Positions 31,182 to 41,950 are shown, counted from the stretch's first letter. The stretch is DNA of 64,000 bases from Muribaculaceae bacterium (GCA_029062005.1 JAIDQZ010000041.1:946-64945), one strand, 5' to 3'. Notes: a model not told the origin generated them from the letters alone. Made by a program: numbers and translations.

Positions 31182-32510
31182 ATGAAAAATACTGAACCCG
31201 ACGCACCAAAAAGAGAGACCGCTTCGTTGCTCAGCATGAACGGTGTAAGTTATCTTGTGCCATTCATTCTCATCACGAGCTGCTTTGCCTTGTGGGGATT
31301 TGCCAATGACATCACCAATCCTATGGTGAAAGCGTTTTCGAAGATCTTCCGTATGAGCGTGACCGACGGCACTCTTGTGCAGGTCGCTTTCTACGGCGGC
31401 TACTTCGCTATGGCTTTCCCTGCCGCAATCTTTATCCGTCGCTTTTCCTACAAAGCGGGAGTAATGCTCGGTCTTGGACTTTATGCCTGCGGAGCATTCC
31501 TTTTTTATCCGGCGATGCTGACCGGCAGTTACTATCCATTCCTCATAGCTTATTTCATCCTGACCTGCGGACTGTCTTTCCTTGAGACAAGCTGCAATCC
31601 ATATATCCTTTCGATGGGACCGGAAGAGACGGCTACACGCAGGCTCAACATGGCGCAGTCGTTCAATCCTGTAGGCTCGCTTCTGGGAATGTGGGTGGCT
31701 ATGAATTTTATACAGGCCCGTCTGAATCCGCTTGAAACAGAGGCCCGATCGCGTTTGACCGATGCCGAGTTTGAAGCCGTAAGGGATGCAGATCTGCTTA
31801 CACTTATCACTCCTTATGTCTTCATTGGAATTGTAGTGGTGTTGATGTTTGTGGTGATAGCGGTAGTGAGGATGCCTAAAAACGGCGACAAGTCACATTC
31901 CATTGATTTTATTCCCACTATAAGGCGTATCTTCTCAGTGGCACACTATAGGGAAGGCGTGGTGGCGCAGTTTTTCTATGTTGGGGCGCAGATCATGTGC
32001 TGGACTTTTATAATCCAATATGGAACAAGAGTTTTCATGCTCGAAGGACTCGATGAGAAGAGTGCGGAGGTCTTGTCGCAGAAATACAATATTGTCGCCA
32101 TGGCAATTTTCTGCGGAAGTCGTTTCGTATGCACCTATCTTCTACGCTACATCAATGCCGGACGTCTTCTGGCAGTGCTTGCGTCAGCGGCGACTGTTCT
32201 GACTGCAGGAGTAATAGTCTTCCAGGGACGACTGGGACTGTATTGTCTTGTCGGTGTTTCCGCCTGCATGTCGCTTATGTTCCCGACTATATATGGAATA
32301 GCGCTTGATGGCATGGGCGATGACGCCAAGTTCGGGGCAGCGGGTCTTATTATGGCTATTCTGGGAGGCTCCGTGCTTCCTCCTCTTCAGGCAAAGATAA
32401 TCGATTGTGGGGAAATAATGGGATTTCCGGCAGTCAATCTTTCGTTTGCATTGCCACTGATATGCTTCCTCATCATCATAGTCTACGGCTTGCGATGCAG
32501 TCGCCGATAG
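31182..32510 (+). CDS. fucP: L-fucose:H+ symporter (MFS)
   Basis: FALWGFAND, LSFLETSCNPY, YVGAQI, SLMFPTIY. Confidence 0.92.
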   Translation: MKNTEPDAPKRETASLLSMNGVSYLVPFILITSCFALWGFANDITNPMVKAFSKIFRMSVTDGTLVQVAFYGGYFAMAFPAAIFIRRFSYKAGVMLGLGLYACGAFLFYPAMLTGSYYPFLIAYFILTCGLSFLETSCNPYILSMGPEETATRRLNMAQSFNPVGSLLGMWVAMNFIQARLNPLETEARSRLTDAEFEAVRDADLLTLITPYVFIGIVVVLMFVVIAVVRMPKNGDKSHSIDFIPTIRRIFSVAHYREGVVAQFFYVGAQIMCWTFIIQYGTRVFMLEGLDEKSAEVLSQKYNIVAMAIFCGSRFVCTYLLRYINAGRLLAVLASAATVLTAGVIVFQGRLGLYCLVGVSACMSLMFPTIYGIALDGMGDDAKFGAAGLIMAILGGSVLPPLQAKIIDCGEIMGFPAVNLSFALPLICFLIIIVYGLRCSRR

Positions 32511-32547
32511 GCGTTTGCGTATCAGTTGAAAATACAAAACTTGTTGT

Positions 32548-35500
32548 TTAATCCGAACAATGTATAATTTCGCCGAGGCTTACATACCATATGTAGGCCT
32601 CGCATTTTTTTGCTATGTCCGCCCGGATCACTGCATCCCGATAACGTTTCACCTGTCGAATGTAGTTTGCGTCATTGCGGTGGTTGCCGAATTTGTAGTC
32701 GATGACAACAGCTGTCCCATCCGGACGGATAACAAGACGATCAGGTCTTCTAATTTTCCCATTGTCGATGATGCCGCGTTCGTTGATCACCCGCAGTCCT
32801 TTGTCAAACCATCCGTAGTCACTGACACTTTCCAGAGTTTTGGTGACTTCAGTCTTCAGCATTTTCATCTGATGACGGTTTATGTAGCCGGCTGTTTTCA
32901 TCCTCAGGAGTGCTTTGTCAAGATCAGCAGCGGTATTCAGTTGTTCCATCAGGGAGTGCATAAGTTCACCGTATTTTCTTGTTTCGTCCGTTTGTGCTGT
33001 GTCTTTCTCATCGTCATCCGTTTCGAATGGCAGCAGATTGGTGTCAGGACTGGTTGGATCGGCATATTTGAGTGCGGGAATAATGGTTCCGCAGCCATAA
33101 TCGCTGACAATCACATTTTTCGGTCCCCCATCATTCACCTTTCTGCCCGAAACTATTTCTATCCGGGAAAGCGGGTTGCCGAAGGTCCAGCTCCGGCTGT
33201 CAATGTCCACATTTATTTCTTCAGGTGCCGGGATGTATGCGGCAGTCTCAGGGTAAGATTCCTTTATGCCGGCGATTATCTTATCCGCATCAGCGCCGCA
33301 TTTCCAAAGGTATGCCCCAATGCGCTCTGTGTCTTTGACGGTGCCGTCTTCCTTAATGGAGCATGGAGTGTAGATATATAGCTCATCCTTGGCTCTGGTA
33401 TAGGCCACATATGCCATGTTGACCTTATCCGATTGGTACTCGTCGAGATATTTTCTGTAGGTATCGGCATGTATTGTGTTTTTAAGCGTCGGATCACTCC
33501 ATACGGGTATCCATGGGATATGCGGAATGCCTTCCGCCTCCGATAGGTCGGGCTTGACCCATAGCCACTCGCGCTGCAACGCAGACATAGGCTTCACCGT
33601 CTGCTTGGAGAAAGGCACTATGACGCATCTGAATTCAAGTCCTTTTGACTTATGAACGGTCATTATATTTACGGCATCTGTCTCTTCCGGCGATGATATG
33701 GACCGGAATTTGCCTTTCTTATCCCACCATTGAAGGAAGGATGCAATGTCGGCGGTATGGCTTTCGCAGAATTCAAGTACCATGTCCTGAAGTGCGGCAA
33801 GGAAGGCTGCCTCCGATTTTCTTGTATGTTCCGGAATAAATTCACGGATTATGTTTTCAACGAGTGCGGGGAGCACTGTCGTACTCATTCCGGAGAGCAT
33901 GTCGCGTATGGAATCGGGGTTGTATTCCCCTTCAAGGAAGCGGGTTAGAATTTCAGAGAGTTCCATTTCCTGATGTCGCATGGCGAAAAAACTGAAATCA
34001 GCCTTCAGTTTGCTCCAGTCTCCGGCTCCTTTTTCCTTTCTCTGTTCCTTGGGGTTGAGTCTGGCATTAGTGCCGTTGCAGATCGCCTCAAGAATTGACA
34101 ATGTGGTCTGCACGGCAGGAGATTCTCCTGCCTGAAGGGAATCTGCGCTAATAAAATTGATTTTCTCATCCACATCTTCCCTCCTGTTGTAGAGCATGAT
34201 GCGGTCGATGATCTGTGCGCCCTGTTCGTGTGTGTCGACAAGCACGGCTATCTCGCCCATCCTGTAACCCCGGCGGAGCATTTCTGCGATAAGTTCAGGG
34301 ATATCATCAAAATGCGCCGGCATGTCATCGCCGCTATCTTTCTTGAAAAGCTGGATCTTCACATACCCGGTGTCAGATGTGCGGGAGGCAGGCTGGACCG
34401 TGTTGGCGTACAGACGTTCCATCCTTTGTCCCAGTTCTTTTGAGAAGTAGCGGAAGAAGAGGTTGTTGAATTTCACTATTCTCAGGCTGCTTCTCCAGTT
34501 CTTGTTTTCAGCCGGAGTGTTTCCGCATTCGCGGCATGTGTCTGAGAATTCCCTGGGCACCTTGTCGGTGATGAGACTCGGGTCAGCGTTTCGGAAGCGG
34601 TATATGCTTTGCTTTGCATCTCCGATAATGAGGTTGTCGTTTCCTTTACCTTCACTTTCGATCAGGAGAGGGCGAAGATTGCGCCATTGAAGATTGCTTG
34701 TGTCCTGGAATTCATCGATGAGAAAGTGCTCCAGTCGGCTGCCGAGGCGTTCATAGACAAACGGAGCGTCGTCATCACCGATGATCCTGTTCAGGATTGA
34801 ATTGGTCTCCGCAAGCTCTACGGTATTGCTGTCCGTGAGAAAGAGCCTGGAATTGTTTCTGATGCTCTGCAGAAGCCCGACATAAGGCATTGTGGATCGG
34901 TAGATACGCCATTTTATCATTCTTTCAGAAGAAATTTCATTTCTCCATGTTTCGAAATGCTCATACATTTTTGTGGCGAGCTCTTCTATATGGTCTTCTA
35001 CCGTGGTGCCGAGATAGGGATTTGACTTTTTGGGATGAAACACTCTTGTAGTTGCACCCTTGCGTGTGAATTCAGGAATTTTGAAAGTAGCGTTCTTCTC
35101 TACAGGATGATCCCATTTCCAGTTCTCTGCCATATTCCTGACCCTTGATGCAAGGTATGTGCCGGCGGTGTCGTCCATGTCGAGTCCTGCATCCGAGAAT
35201 GCTTTTTTTACAGCTCCGGCAGATTGCTTCATTCTCTCGAATGCTTCTCGTGGGCGCTTTTCGTAGAACTGGCAGAGTTGATGGTATGTATGGAAAAAGT
35301 CGGGATTTTCCTCAAAGTAGCTGTCAAGACTTTCCCTAATCTCCTTGAAGTTTTCTTTCGCAAGATTTTTTGACGCATTCAGGATTTCTCCATAGACGCT
35401 ATATTTGTTCCGGTTTCTTTGAAATATATTCCACCCTTTCCCGGCAGTGGCTTTATTTTCCATCAGAGATTCTATCCAGGCTGATCCCTGAGTGGACTGC

Positions 35501-36015
35501 TTCTCGCTGTCGATCTCGTCTAATGTGGTGTCAAGACCCATCTGCGACACATAGTCGGAGTCAAGTTCGAGCTGATATGTGTCGTCGAGATCAGCTTCGT
35601 AGGCAAATGTGCGGAGCACGGTCTGGAAAAAGGAGTCTATCGTAGATACCTTGAAATCGCTATAATCGGTGAGCAATACTTTCAGGGCATATTTGCAGCA
35701 GCTTGCTATTTCGTCAGGAGTGCAATTGAACTCGTCAACAAAGTCCTTTAGATAGTCCACGTCTTTCAGCGGAATTCCCGGTGTCCATGAGGCGAGTGCA
35801 TTAAGTTTGTCGACAATGCGGAGTTTCATCTCGTTGGTCGCCTTGTTTGTGAAGGTGATTGCGAGAATGTGCTGGAGCGAATCGCGGAGTCCGCGCACGG
35901 GAAGCAGACGGCGACAGCCTTTGTCATCCGGTCGGGAAATATAAAATTCGATAAACTTCTTCGCCAGCGTATATGTTTTGCCTGAGCCTGCGGAAGCCCT
36001 CTGAAGCTGCAACAC
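32548..36015 (-). CDS. UvrD/AddA-like helicase-nuclease
   Basis: ASAGSGKT, AITFTNKA, IDEFQDTS, GDAKQSIYRFR, MTVHKSKGLEF, YVAYTRA, C-terminal RecB-type RPD...IDYK. Confidence 0.92.
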   Translation of the reverse strand: MLQLQRASAGSGKTYTLAKKFIEFYISRPDDKGCRRLLPVRGLRDSLQHILAITFTNKATNEMKLRIVDKLNALASWTPGIPLKDVDYLKDFVDEFNCTPDEIASCCKYALKVLLTDYSDFKVSTIDSFFQTVLRTFAYEADLDDTYQLELDSDYVSQMGLDTTLDEIDSEKQSTQGSAWIESLMENKATAGKGWNIFQRNRNKYSVYGEILNASKNLAKENFKEIRESLDSYFEENPDFFHTYHQLCQFYEKRPREAFERMKQSAGAVKKAFSDAGLDMDDTAGTYLASRVRNMAENWKWDHPVEKNATFKIPEFTRKGATTRVFHPKKSNPYLGTTVEDHIEELATKMYEHFETWRNEISSERMIKWRIYRSTMPYVGLLQSIRNNSRLFLTDSNTVELAETNSILNRIIGDDDAPFVYERLGSRLEHFLIDEFQDTSNLQWRNLRPLLIESEGKGNDNLIIGDAKQSIYRFRNADPSLITDKVPREFSDTCRECGNTPAENKNWRSSLRIVKFNNLFFRYFSKELGQRMERLYANTVQPASRTSDTGYVKIQLFKKDSGDDMPAHFDDIPELIAEMLRRGYRMGEIAVLVDTHEQGAQIIDRIMLYNRREDVDEKINFISADSLQAGESPAVQTTLSILEAICNGTNARLNPKEQRKEKGAGDWSKLKADFSFFAMRHQEMELSEILTRFLEGEYNPDSIRDMLSGMSTTVLPALVENIIREFIPEHTRKSEAAFLAALQDMVLEFCESHTADIASFLQWWDKKGKFRSISSPEETDAVNIMTVHKSKGLEFRCVIVPFSKQTVKPMSALQREWLWVKPDLSEAEGIPHIPWIPVWSDPTLKNTIHADTYRKYLDEYQSDKVNMAYVAYTRAKDELYIYTPCSIKEDGTVKDTERIGAYLWKCGADADKIIAGIKESYPETAAYIPAPEEINVDIDSRSWTFGNPLSRIEIVSGRKVNDGGPKNVIVSDYGCGTIIPALKYADPTSPDTNLLPFETDDDEKDTAQTDETRKYGELMHSLMEQLNTAADLDKALLRMKTAGYINRHQMKMLKTEVTKTLESVSDYGWFDKGLRVINERGIIDNGKIRRPDRLVIRPDGTAVVIDYKFGNHRNDANYIRQVKRYRDAVIRADIAKKCEAYIWYVSLGEIIHCSD

Positions 36016-36084
36016 TTGGGTTAATGATTAAATATCAATGATAAATTATAAATGGTTCCTGACTCTTGGTTCCTGTCTCTTGTT

Positions 36085-36429
36085 TCACCCCTTGACTTTG
36101 AACCCCATTTCTTTAAGCAGTCTTACTGTGTCAGCCTTGCGATCGCCCTGGATCAGTATTTCCCCTCCTCTTGAGCTGCCGCCTGTGCCGAGCTTCTTGC
36201 GCAAGGTACGCGCTATATCATCGACCTCGTTATCTGAAATCTCAAAGCCTTCCACTATTGTGGCGGTCTTCCCTCCACGTCCTTTTTTCTCGATAAGTAC
36301 GTGTAGCGGTGCTTTTTGGTTGTTGGGTTGTTGGGTTGTGGAGTTGTTGGGTTTTGGGGTTGTTGGGTTGCTGGGCTCTTCTCCTTCAGGGAGACCTGTC
36401 AGGGAGGCGAGTGCGTCTTTCCAGTCCAT
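36085..36429 (-). CDS. SUI1/YciH family translation initiation factor
   Basis: KKGRGGKTATIVEG, LRKKLGTGGS, ILIQGD. Confidence 0.9.
   Translation of the reverse strand: MDWKDALASLTGLPEGEEPSNPTTPKPNNSTTQQPNNQKAPLHVLIEKKGRGGKTATIVEGFEISDNEVDDIARTLRKKLGTGGSSRGGEILIQGDRKADTVRLLKEMGFKVKG
36318..36373. repeat. Seven degenerate 8-bp units (GGTTGTTG) inside the SUI1 gene
   Basis: Read directly; encodes the PSNPTTPKPNNSTTQQPNNQ linker. Confidence 0.85.
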
Positions 36430-36430
36430 A

Positions 36431-37513
36431 TCAGAGTTTTTCCTTTATTTCACTGACAGTGGCGCAACGCGCTGACAATTCACCATTGGCGTTATAGATG
36501 AAGAATGTAGGAAGTTGACCTACATTGTACTGAACGAATACCTTGTCCTGACCGGCAGAAGGATCGAGCACCGTTGTCCACGGGAGGTTGGCTGCAGCTT
36601 CATGCCATCCGTATTGGTCGCGGTCCGGACTCACATTATAGATTTCTGCACGTCCTGCTTTGTAGAGTTCAGCCAGCTGGCGGTTGATCTCAGGAGTGGC
36701 ACCGTCACGCATCAGGGTGAATGCTACTATCACCGGTTTCCCTTTCCCTACAAATTCTGAAAGTTTCCTCTCCTTTCCATTCTCATCGTTGAGTGCGATC
36801 TCAAACATAGTGATCTCCTCCGCATTGATTACGGTGTGGATGCCGCTCATGTCATTATGGTGGCGCTGGGCTGCCCGTGCAAGGTTGAGCAGGAATGGTG
36901 TGTGGGCGTCTTCCGGTCGAAAATGATTGTAATTATTTGCAACAGCTACTATATAGCGGAAATCTTCTGTGGTAGGATCGAAGAGCGGTTGGTTTCCGAC
37001 AGTCTTTGTAAGTATATAGTATGACATCACATTCCCTTTGCTATCGTGCATATACTCATTGTAGATACGCTTCTTGAAGTTTTTAAGCGAGTCCGCATCG
37101 TTGATATAGGGGACGAATGCTATAAGATCCTTTTCAAACTGTGCCATACGCTGTGCCTGCTCCGTGCCGGTCACAGTGAAGTCATGACCAAATCCGTTTT
37201 TCGAGCTTGCTACGGATAGAGTCTCGGTTGAGTCGATGGGGAGATAGATGTATTTGTCGTCGAGCGACAGACGGAAGATCTCGGGTCCTCCCTGCTGAGG
37301 CTGAGAGAAACTGAACTTGCCTTTGCTGTCTGTACGTGTGGAATCCACTATGGTCCAGTAGCCTGCAAAATCAGCCTTCTCAAGAAGAATCTTGTCATTA
37401 TCACTATCGGCGAGCTCTCCTTCGATCTTGAAACCCTTTTCGCCGCATCCGCCGGCGAATGCAATGGCGGCAATGGAAGCCGTAATTGCGAAATATCTTG
37501 CTATTTTGTTCAT
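36431..37513 (-). CDS. DUF4369/thioredoxin-like lipoprotein without CxxC
   Basis: Lipobox AGGC, N-terminal DUF4369-like region, C-terminal TlpA-like fold (YNVGQLPTFFIYN) with no cysteine pair. Confidence 0.7.
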   Translation of the reverse strand: MNKIARYFAITASIAAIAFAGGCGEKGFKIEGELADSDNDKILLEKADFAGYWTIVDSTRTDSKGKFSFSQPQQGGPEIFRLSLDDKYIYLPIDSTETLSVASSKNGFGHDFTVTGTEQAQRMAQFEKDLIAFVPYINDADSLKNFKKRIYNEYMHDSKGNVMSYYILTKTVGNQPLFDPTTEDFRYIVAVANNYNHFRPEDAHTPFLLNLARAAQRHHNDMSGIHTVINAEEITMFEIALNDENGKERKLSEFVGKGKPVIVAFTLMRDGATPEINRQLAELYKAGRAEIYNVSPDRDQYGWHEAAANLPWTTVLDPSAGQDKVFVQYNVGQLPTFFIYNANGELSARCATVSEIKEKL

Positions 37514-37681
37514 AGTTGTTAAGTCTTGAGTCTTCAGTATGATAATTCTGAATTCAAAATTCAAAATTAATTATGCAAAGTTAATTAAAACTACGCGTAT
37601 AAGCAATTATCTTTCTATAAAAATAAAAGGAGAGCTGACTTTCTATAGCCATCTCTCCCTGTAGTCACTTATCAATAATCG

Positions 37682-38059
37682 TTATTCAGAAAGCTCTTTC
37701 GCTTTCTTTGCGGCGGCATCGGCAGCCTTTGAGGCAAGATCCGATACCTTATCCAGAGCCTGAGCAGCGAATCCGCTCAAAGCATCTTTAGCCTGATCCA
37801 CTTTGTCGCCGAGAGCATCCTTGGCGTCAGTGAATTTGTCTTGCAGGTTGTCTTTTAATTGGGCAGCTTTATCCTGAGCCTGGGCGACTGCTGACTGCGT
37901 TGCTTCTTTTGCATCGGCAAATTTGTCAGCAGCCATATCCTTGGCAGCCGCAATTCCTGATTCAGCAGCAATCTTAGCTGATTCCGATGATACTTCCGCC
38001 GCTGCCTTTGATATTGCCGCCGCTGCCTGAGCCTGCGTGAGATTGATATTGTTTTCCAT
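37682..38059 (-). CDS. Ala/Lys/Asp-rich helical-repeat protein (LEA/YtxH-like)
   Basis: Periodic KDxLxDKF / DAKD repeats. Confidence 0.55.
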   Translation of the reverse strand: MENNINLTQAQAAAAISKAAAEVSSESAKIAAESGIAAAKDMAADKFADAKEATQSAVAQAQDKAAQLKDNLQDKFTDAKDALGDKVDQAKDALSGFAAQALDKVSDLASKAADAAAKKAKELSE

Positions 38060-38211
38060 AGTTTTTAAGTTTTTAATATTAAAGTCTATAAGTTTAAGGT
38101 CGAATTAGTCAGATATTTCTGATTTGACTGATAATTCTCATTGGTATAAACGCCGGATGCATCGTCTTGGTTCAATATCACGCCGCTACCCCGATCAATT
38201 ATGCATTTGAA

Positions 38212-39435
38212 TTATTTCTTATGCATTCGCTGCATGGCTTCTTCGGTTGCCTCATGAGTATTGAAGGCAGTCAGTCGCAGATATCCCTCACCTTCGGCAC
38301 CGAACCCGGAGCCCGGAGTGCCCACGATGCCGTGCCTGCTGAGCAGAAAGTCAAAGAATTCCCACGAAGACATGCCGTCAGGAGTCTTCATCCATATATA
38401 TGGGGAGTCTATGCCTCCGACTATCTCATATCCCGCTCCGGCGAGTGATTCTCGCATCATTCGAGCATTCTCCATATAGTATTCCACGGTCTCCATGATC
38501 TGCTTTCTTCCTTCCGGAGAGTACACAGCCTCCGCCGCTCTCTGCGAGATATATGATGCCCCGTTGAATTTAGTGCACTGCCTTCTGTTCCACAGCCTGT
38601 TAAGGCTGATGACATTTCCTTCAGAATCCTTGCCTTTCAGGACTGACGGCACTACAGTATAGCCACAACGTACTCCCGTAAATCCGGCAGTTTTTGAAAA
38701 ACTGCGGAATTCGACCGCCACCTCCTTGGCTCCCTCTATCTCATATATGCTGTGAGGGACATCGTCGCTGTGTATATATGATTCATATGCCGAGTCAAAG
38801 AGTATCAGGCAATTCTCTTTCCTTGCGTATTCTATCCATTTCCGTAGTTCTCCGCGTGTCATTGCTGTTCCGGTGGGATTGTTGGGACTGCACAGGTAGA
38901 TTACGTCGGGACGGACCCCCGGCAGCTGCGGGATGTAATCGTTGTCTTTATTGATAGGAATATATATGATCCCCTCATGATGTTCGCCGGTACGCTTTCC
39001 TCCTCTTCCACCCATCACGTTGGTGTCTACATAGACCGGATAGACGGGATCTGTAACAGCCACTGTATTGTCTTGTGCCAGGATATCAAAGAAATTTCCG
39101 AGATCGCTCTTTGCTCCGTCGCCGATAAAGATTTCATCTGCAGAGATATCTATGCCACGTCTCTGATAGTCGAAATCCGCAATCTTGTCGCGCAGGAATG
39201 AATAACCCTGTTCCGGACCATAGCCGTGGAAAGTTGCTGTGTCCGCCTCATCGTCTGCTGCACGGTGCATGGCTTCAACAGATGCACGGCAAAGGGGGCG
39301 CGTCACATCCCCGATTCCCATTCTGATTATCTTCACATCGGGATTCTTTTCCTGAAACTCTTTTACCCTTCTTGCCACTTCCGAAAAGAGATAAGACTCC
39401 GGAAGCAGTCCAAAATTATCATTTACCCTAATCAT
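38212..39435 (-). CDS. dapL: LL-diaminopimelate aminotransferase
   Basis: [43 protein letters not shown]. Confidence 0.96.
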   Translation of the reverse strand: MIRVNDNFGLLPESYLFSEVARRVKEFQEKNPDVKIIRMGIGDVTRPLCRASVEAMHRAADDEADTATFHGYGPEQGYSFLRDKIADFDYQRRGIDISADEIFIGDGAKSDLGNFFDILAQDNTVAVTDPVYPVYVDTNVMGGRGGKRTGEHHEGIIYIPINKDNDYIPQLPGVRPDVIYLCSPNNPTGTAMTRGELRKWIEYARKENCLILFDSAYESYIHSDDVPHSIYEIEGAKEVAVEFRSFSKTAGFTGVRCGYTVVPSVLKGKDSEGNVISLNRLWNRRQCTKFNGASYISQRAAEAVYSPEGRKQIMETVEYYMENARMMRESLAGAGYEIVGGIDSPYIWMKTPDGMSSWEFFDFLLSRHGIVGTPGSGFGAEGEGYLRLTAFNTHEATEEAMQRMHKK

Positions 39436-39447
39436 TTTTATAGAAAT

Positions 39448-40251
39448 CTAAATTGAACCTTCAAAGACAGTGGTTGCCGGTCCGGTCATCAGTACATGTC
39501 CACGCTCATCAAGACTTATTATAAGGTCGCCGCCCCGCAAGTGTACTGTCACGTCATTTTCTGTCAGTCCCTTGCCAATGGCTGCGACGGCAGTGGCACA
39601 GGCTCCTGTCCCGCATGCCATGGTCTCGCCGCTTCCACGTTCCCAGACCCTCATTCCCACTTCATTTTTACCTGTAACTTTTGCAAACTCAATGTTGGAG
39701 CGTTCCGGAAAACGTTCGTGCCTTTCAGCGAGAGGACCTTTCCCGAGAACCATCGCATCGGTTGGATCTTGTTCGGAATAGCAGACAAAATGAGGGTTTC
39801 CCATTGAAATTATGCTGCCTGTCAGTGTCGAACCGTCAGAAAGTTTTATTGTCTCCTCCAATGTCTCTATTTCAGGTTTCCCCATGTCGACGGTGATCCA
39901 TGTTTCCGGATCTCCAGGTTGTGCATCCGGGGCTATATCTATTATCTTGATGCCGGAAAGAGTGTCGATTTCAAGATGTCGCTTGCCGGTCAGTCCTTTG
40001 TCGAATACATATTTGGCTACGCATCTGATGCCGTTGCCACACATTTTACCTTCAGACCCGTCAGCATTGAATATACGCATCATGAAGTCAGCTTTTTCTG
40101 ATCCGCATATCAGTATTATTCCGTCGCCTCCTATTCCCTTATGCCGGTCGCTGAGCCTGATGGCAAGTTCCCCTATATTTTCGGGCACTCCATTGCGGCA
40201 GTCGATATAGACATAATCATTGCCGCATCCATGCATTTTGGTGAATTTCAT
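39448..40251 (-). CDS. dapF: Diaminopimelate epimerase
   Basis: KMHGCGNDY, MCGNGIRC, MGNPH, ERGSGETMACGTGAC. Confidence 0.97.
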   Translation of the reverse strand: MKFTKMHGCGNDYVYIDCRNGVPENIGELAIRLSDRHKGIGGDGIILICGSEKADFMMRIFNADGSEGKMCGNGIRCVAKYVFDKGLTGKRHLEIDTLSGIKIIDIAPDAQPGDPETWITVDMGKPEIETLEETIKLSDGSTLTGSIISMGNPHFVCYSEQDPTDAMVLGKGPLAERHERFPERSNIEFAKVTGKNEVGMRVWERGSGETMACGTGACATAVAAIGKGLTENDVTVHLRGGDLIISLDERGHVLMTGPATTVFEGSI

Positions 40252-40254
40252 GAT

Positions 40255-40818
40255 TTAAAGATGTTTGATGATTTTTGCCGGATTGCCGGCTGCCACTACA
40301 TTGGACGGGATGTCCTTTACAACGGTTGATCCCGCCCCGATCACTACATTGTCGCCTATGCTTACCCCGGGACATATCGTGACGCTGCCCCCTATCCATA
40401 CATTGTCGCCGATAGTGACAGGTTCCGACCATTCCAATGCCTTATTGCGATCTTCCGTATCAAGCGGATGGCATGCGGTGTAGATGCTTACGTTCGGACC
40501 GATGAAACAATGGTGCCCTATCCTGACCTCCGCTTCGTCAAGGACGGTAAGGTTGAAGTTTGCGAAAAAAAAATCACCGATATGAATATTTTCTCCATAG
40601 TCGCAGCGGAAAGGCTGATTAAACTGAAAATGCTCTCCGTGACTTCCTAACAGGGAGTGCAGTATCTCGCGCTGCTCCTCAATCATATAAGGATTAAGGG
40701 AATTGAATCTCCAGAGTTTTTCCCTGGTTACCTCAAGTTTCTTTATCAGATAGGAATTAGTGGCATCATATACTTCTCCTGCCATCATCTTCTTCCAGAT
40801 ATCATCTTCCTTTTGCAT
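40255..40818 (-). CDS. Sugar (maltose/galactoside) O-acetyltransferase
   Basis: CDYGENIHIG, hexapeptide repeats, VAAGNPAKII. Confidence 0.9.
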   Translation of the reverse strand: MQKEDDIWKKMMAGEVYDATNSYLIKKLEVTREKLWRFNSLNPYMIEEQREILHSLLGSHGEHFQFNQPFRCDYGENIHIGDFFFANFNLTVLDEAEVRIGHHCFIGPNVSIYTACHPLDTEDRNKALEWSEPVTIGDNVWIGGSVTICPGVSIGDNVVIGAGSTVVKDIPSNVVAAGNPAKIIKHL

Positions 40819-40982
40819 AATTCGATCTCTGTGTGATGAAAATTTCAAGCAAAATTACAAAAAAATCATATACAACGGTGACATTTTTTTCTTTTTTTAT
40901 GAAGCGGGTCTTAATGCGGATTTGCCGGATAAGGGATGAATGACGATGTCGCCTTGTAATTTTGCCGAAAAAACAAATGCAA

Positions 40983-41336
40983 ATGGATATTACAGAACTT
41001 GTCACACTTGCAGGAGCCGTAGGAGGCATGCAAGGTATCGTGGAACTTGCCAGATGGTTGCGTTCCCGAAAAATGGAACAGAGAAAAGAGGATGCGGATA
41101 TTACTGCAGTGGAAAATCAAAACAGCAGGATGCAGATAGACTGGCTTGAAAAACGCCTTGCCGAGCGCGATGCAAAGATAGATGCCATCTATGCGGAATT
41201 TCGCAAGGAGCAGACTCTCCGTATAGGCGAGATACATCAGCGTCACGAAGTGGAACTGAGGCTTACAGAAGCCGAAGCACGTAAATGCCTCGTACGCGGC
41301 TGCCCGTCGCGGATCCCGCCTGAAGTCAATTCATGA
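40983..41336 (+). CDS. Holin-like protein of Bacteroidales lysis cassettes
   Basis: One N-terminal hydrophobic segment, coiled coil, C-terminal KCLVRGCPSRIPP; lies upstream of a spanin-like and an endolysin gene. Function inferred from context. Confidence 0.55.
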   Translation: MDITELVTLAGAVGGMQGIVELARWLRSRKMEQRKEDADITAVENQNSRMQIDWLEKRLAERDAKIDAIYAEFRKEQTLRIGEIHQRHEVELRLTEAEARKCLVRGCPSRIPPEVNS

Positions 41337-41427
41337 TCCATGTAATGTCCGATTTTTTATGTGATGCGACCTGAACCTTCTAACCATCAGCTTGAGCTTG
41401 CGAAAGTTGAGTAAACAAGTATTTATT

Positions 41428-41937
41428 ATGTATTCTTTAGTTTTTAAGTTTATTACCATGCTCTCCTGTGCCGCTTTGATCTCCTGCAGATCCTCAAAAC
41501 CGGCAAACATATTTTATGAAGTGAGCGATACTCTGGCAGCTTCTATCGATACGTCTTTCAGTCTGTGTAAGGATTCCTCAGTCAAGACCGAAGATAAAAT
41601 GACTCATGTCTGCGGCGTGGTGGAATTTATAGATTCAGGAGGATCTATATCAGTGGTTGCCGATGGTTCGTTGGTCATGTCAGGAGTCACATACTTGCAT
41701 TCCTCCAGACTTGACGCTTCTTCCGGAAAGGAAGATAACAGCAGTTCTTCACTTCAGATTCAAAGAAAAGACAGTCTATCGTCCTCCAAGAAAGAAGCGG
41801 TACATTCCGAATTCCAGGTCAAGGACTCCAATTCCCGAAGATTTCTTATGAAATGCATTTATATATCTGCTATCGTTATTCTCGTGTTGACACTAATCCT
41901 TGTAAAGATCCGCCCCCTTCGGAAGCGACAGGAGTAA
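41428..41937 (+). CDS. Lipoprotein with C-terminal TM helix (u-spanin-like)
   Basis: Lipobox LISC-RSS; C-terminal CIYISAIVILVLTLILV followed by KIRPLRKR. Confidence 0.6.
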   Translation: MYSLVFKFITMLSCAALISCRSSKPANIFYEVSDTLAASIDTSFSLCKDSSVKTEDKMTHVCGVVEFIDSGGSISVVADGSLVMSGVTYLHSSRLDASSGKEDNSSSSLQIQRKDSLSSSKKEAVHSEFQVKDSNSRRFLMKCIYISAIVILVLTLILVKIRPLRKRQE

Positions 41938-41950
41938 CGGAAACAAAAAT

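Noticed and set aside
32548-36015. AddA-like helicase without an adjacent AddB partner
   Set aside because: The partner may lie elsewhere; cannot be judged from this window.
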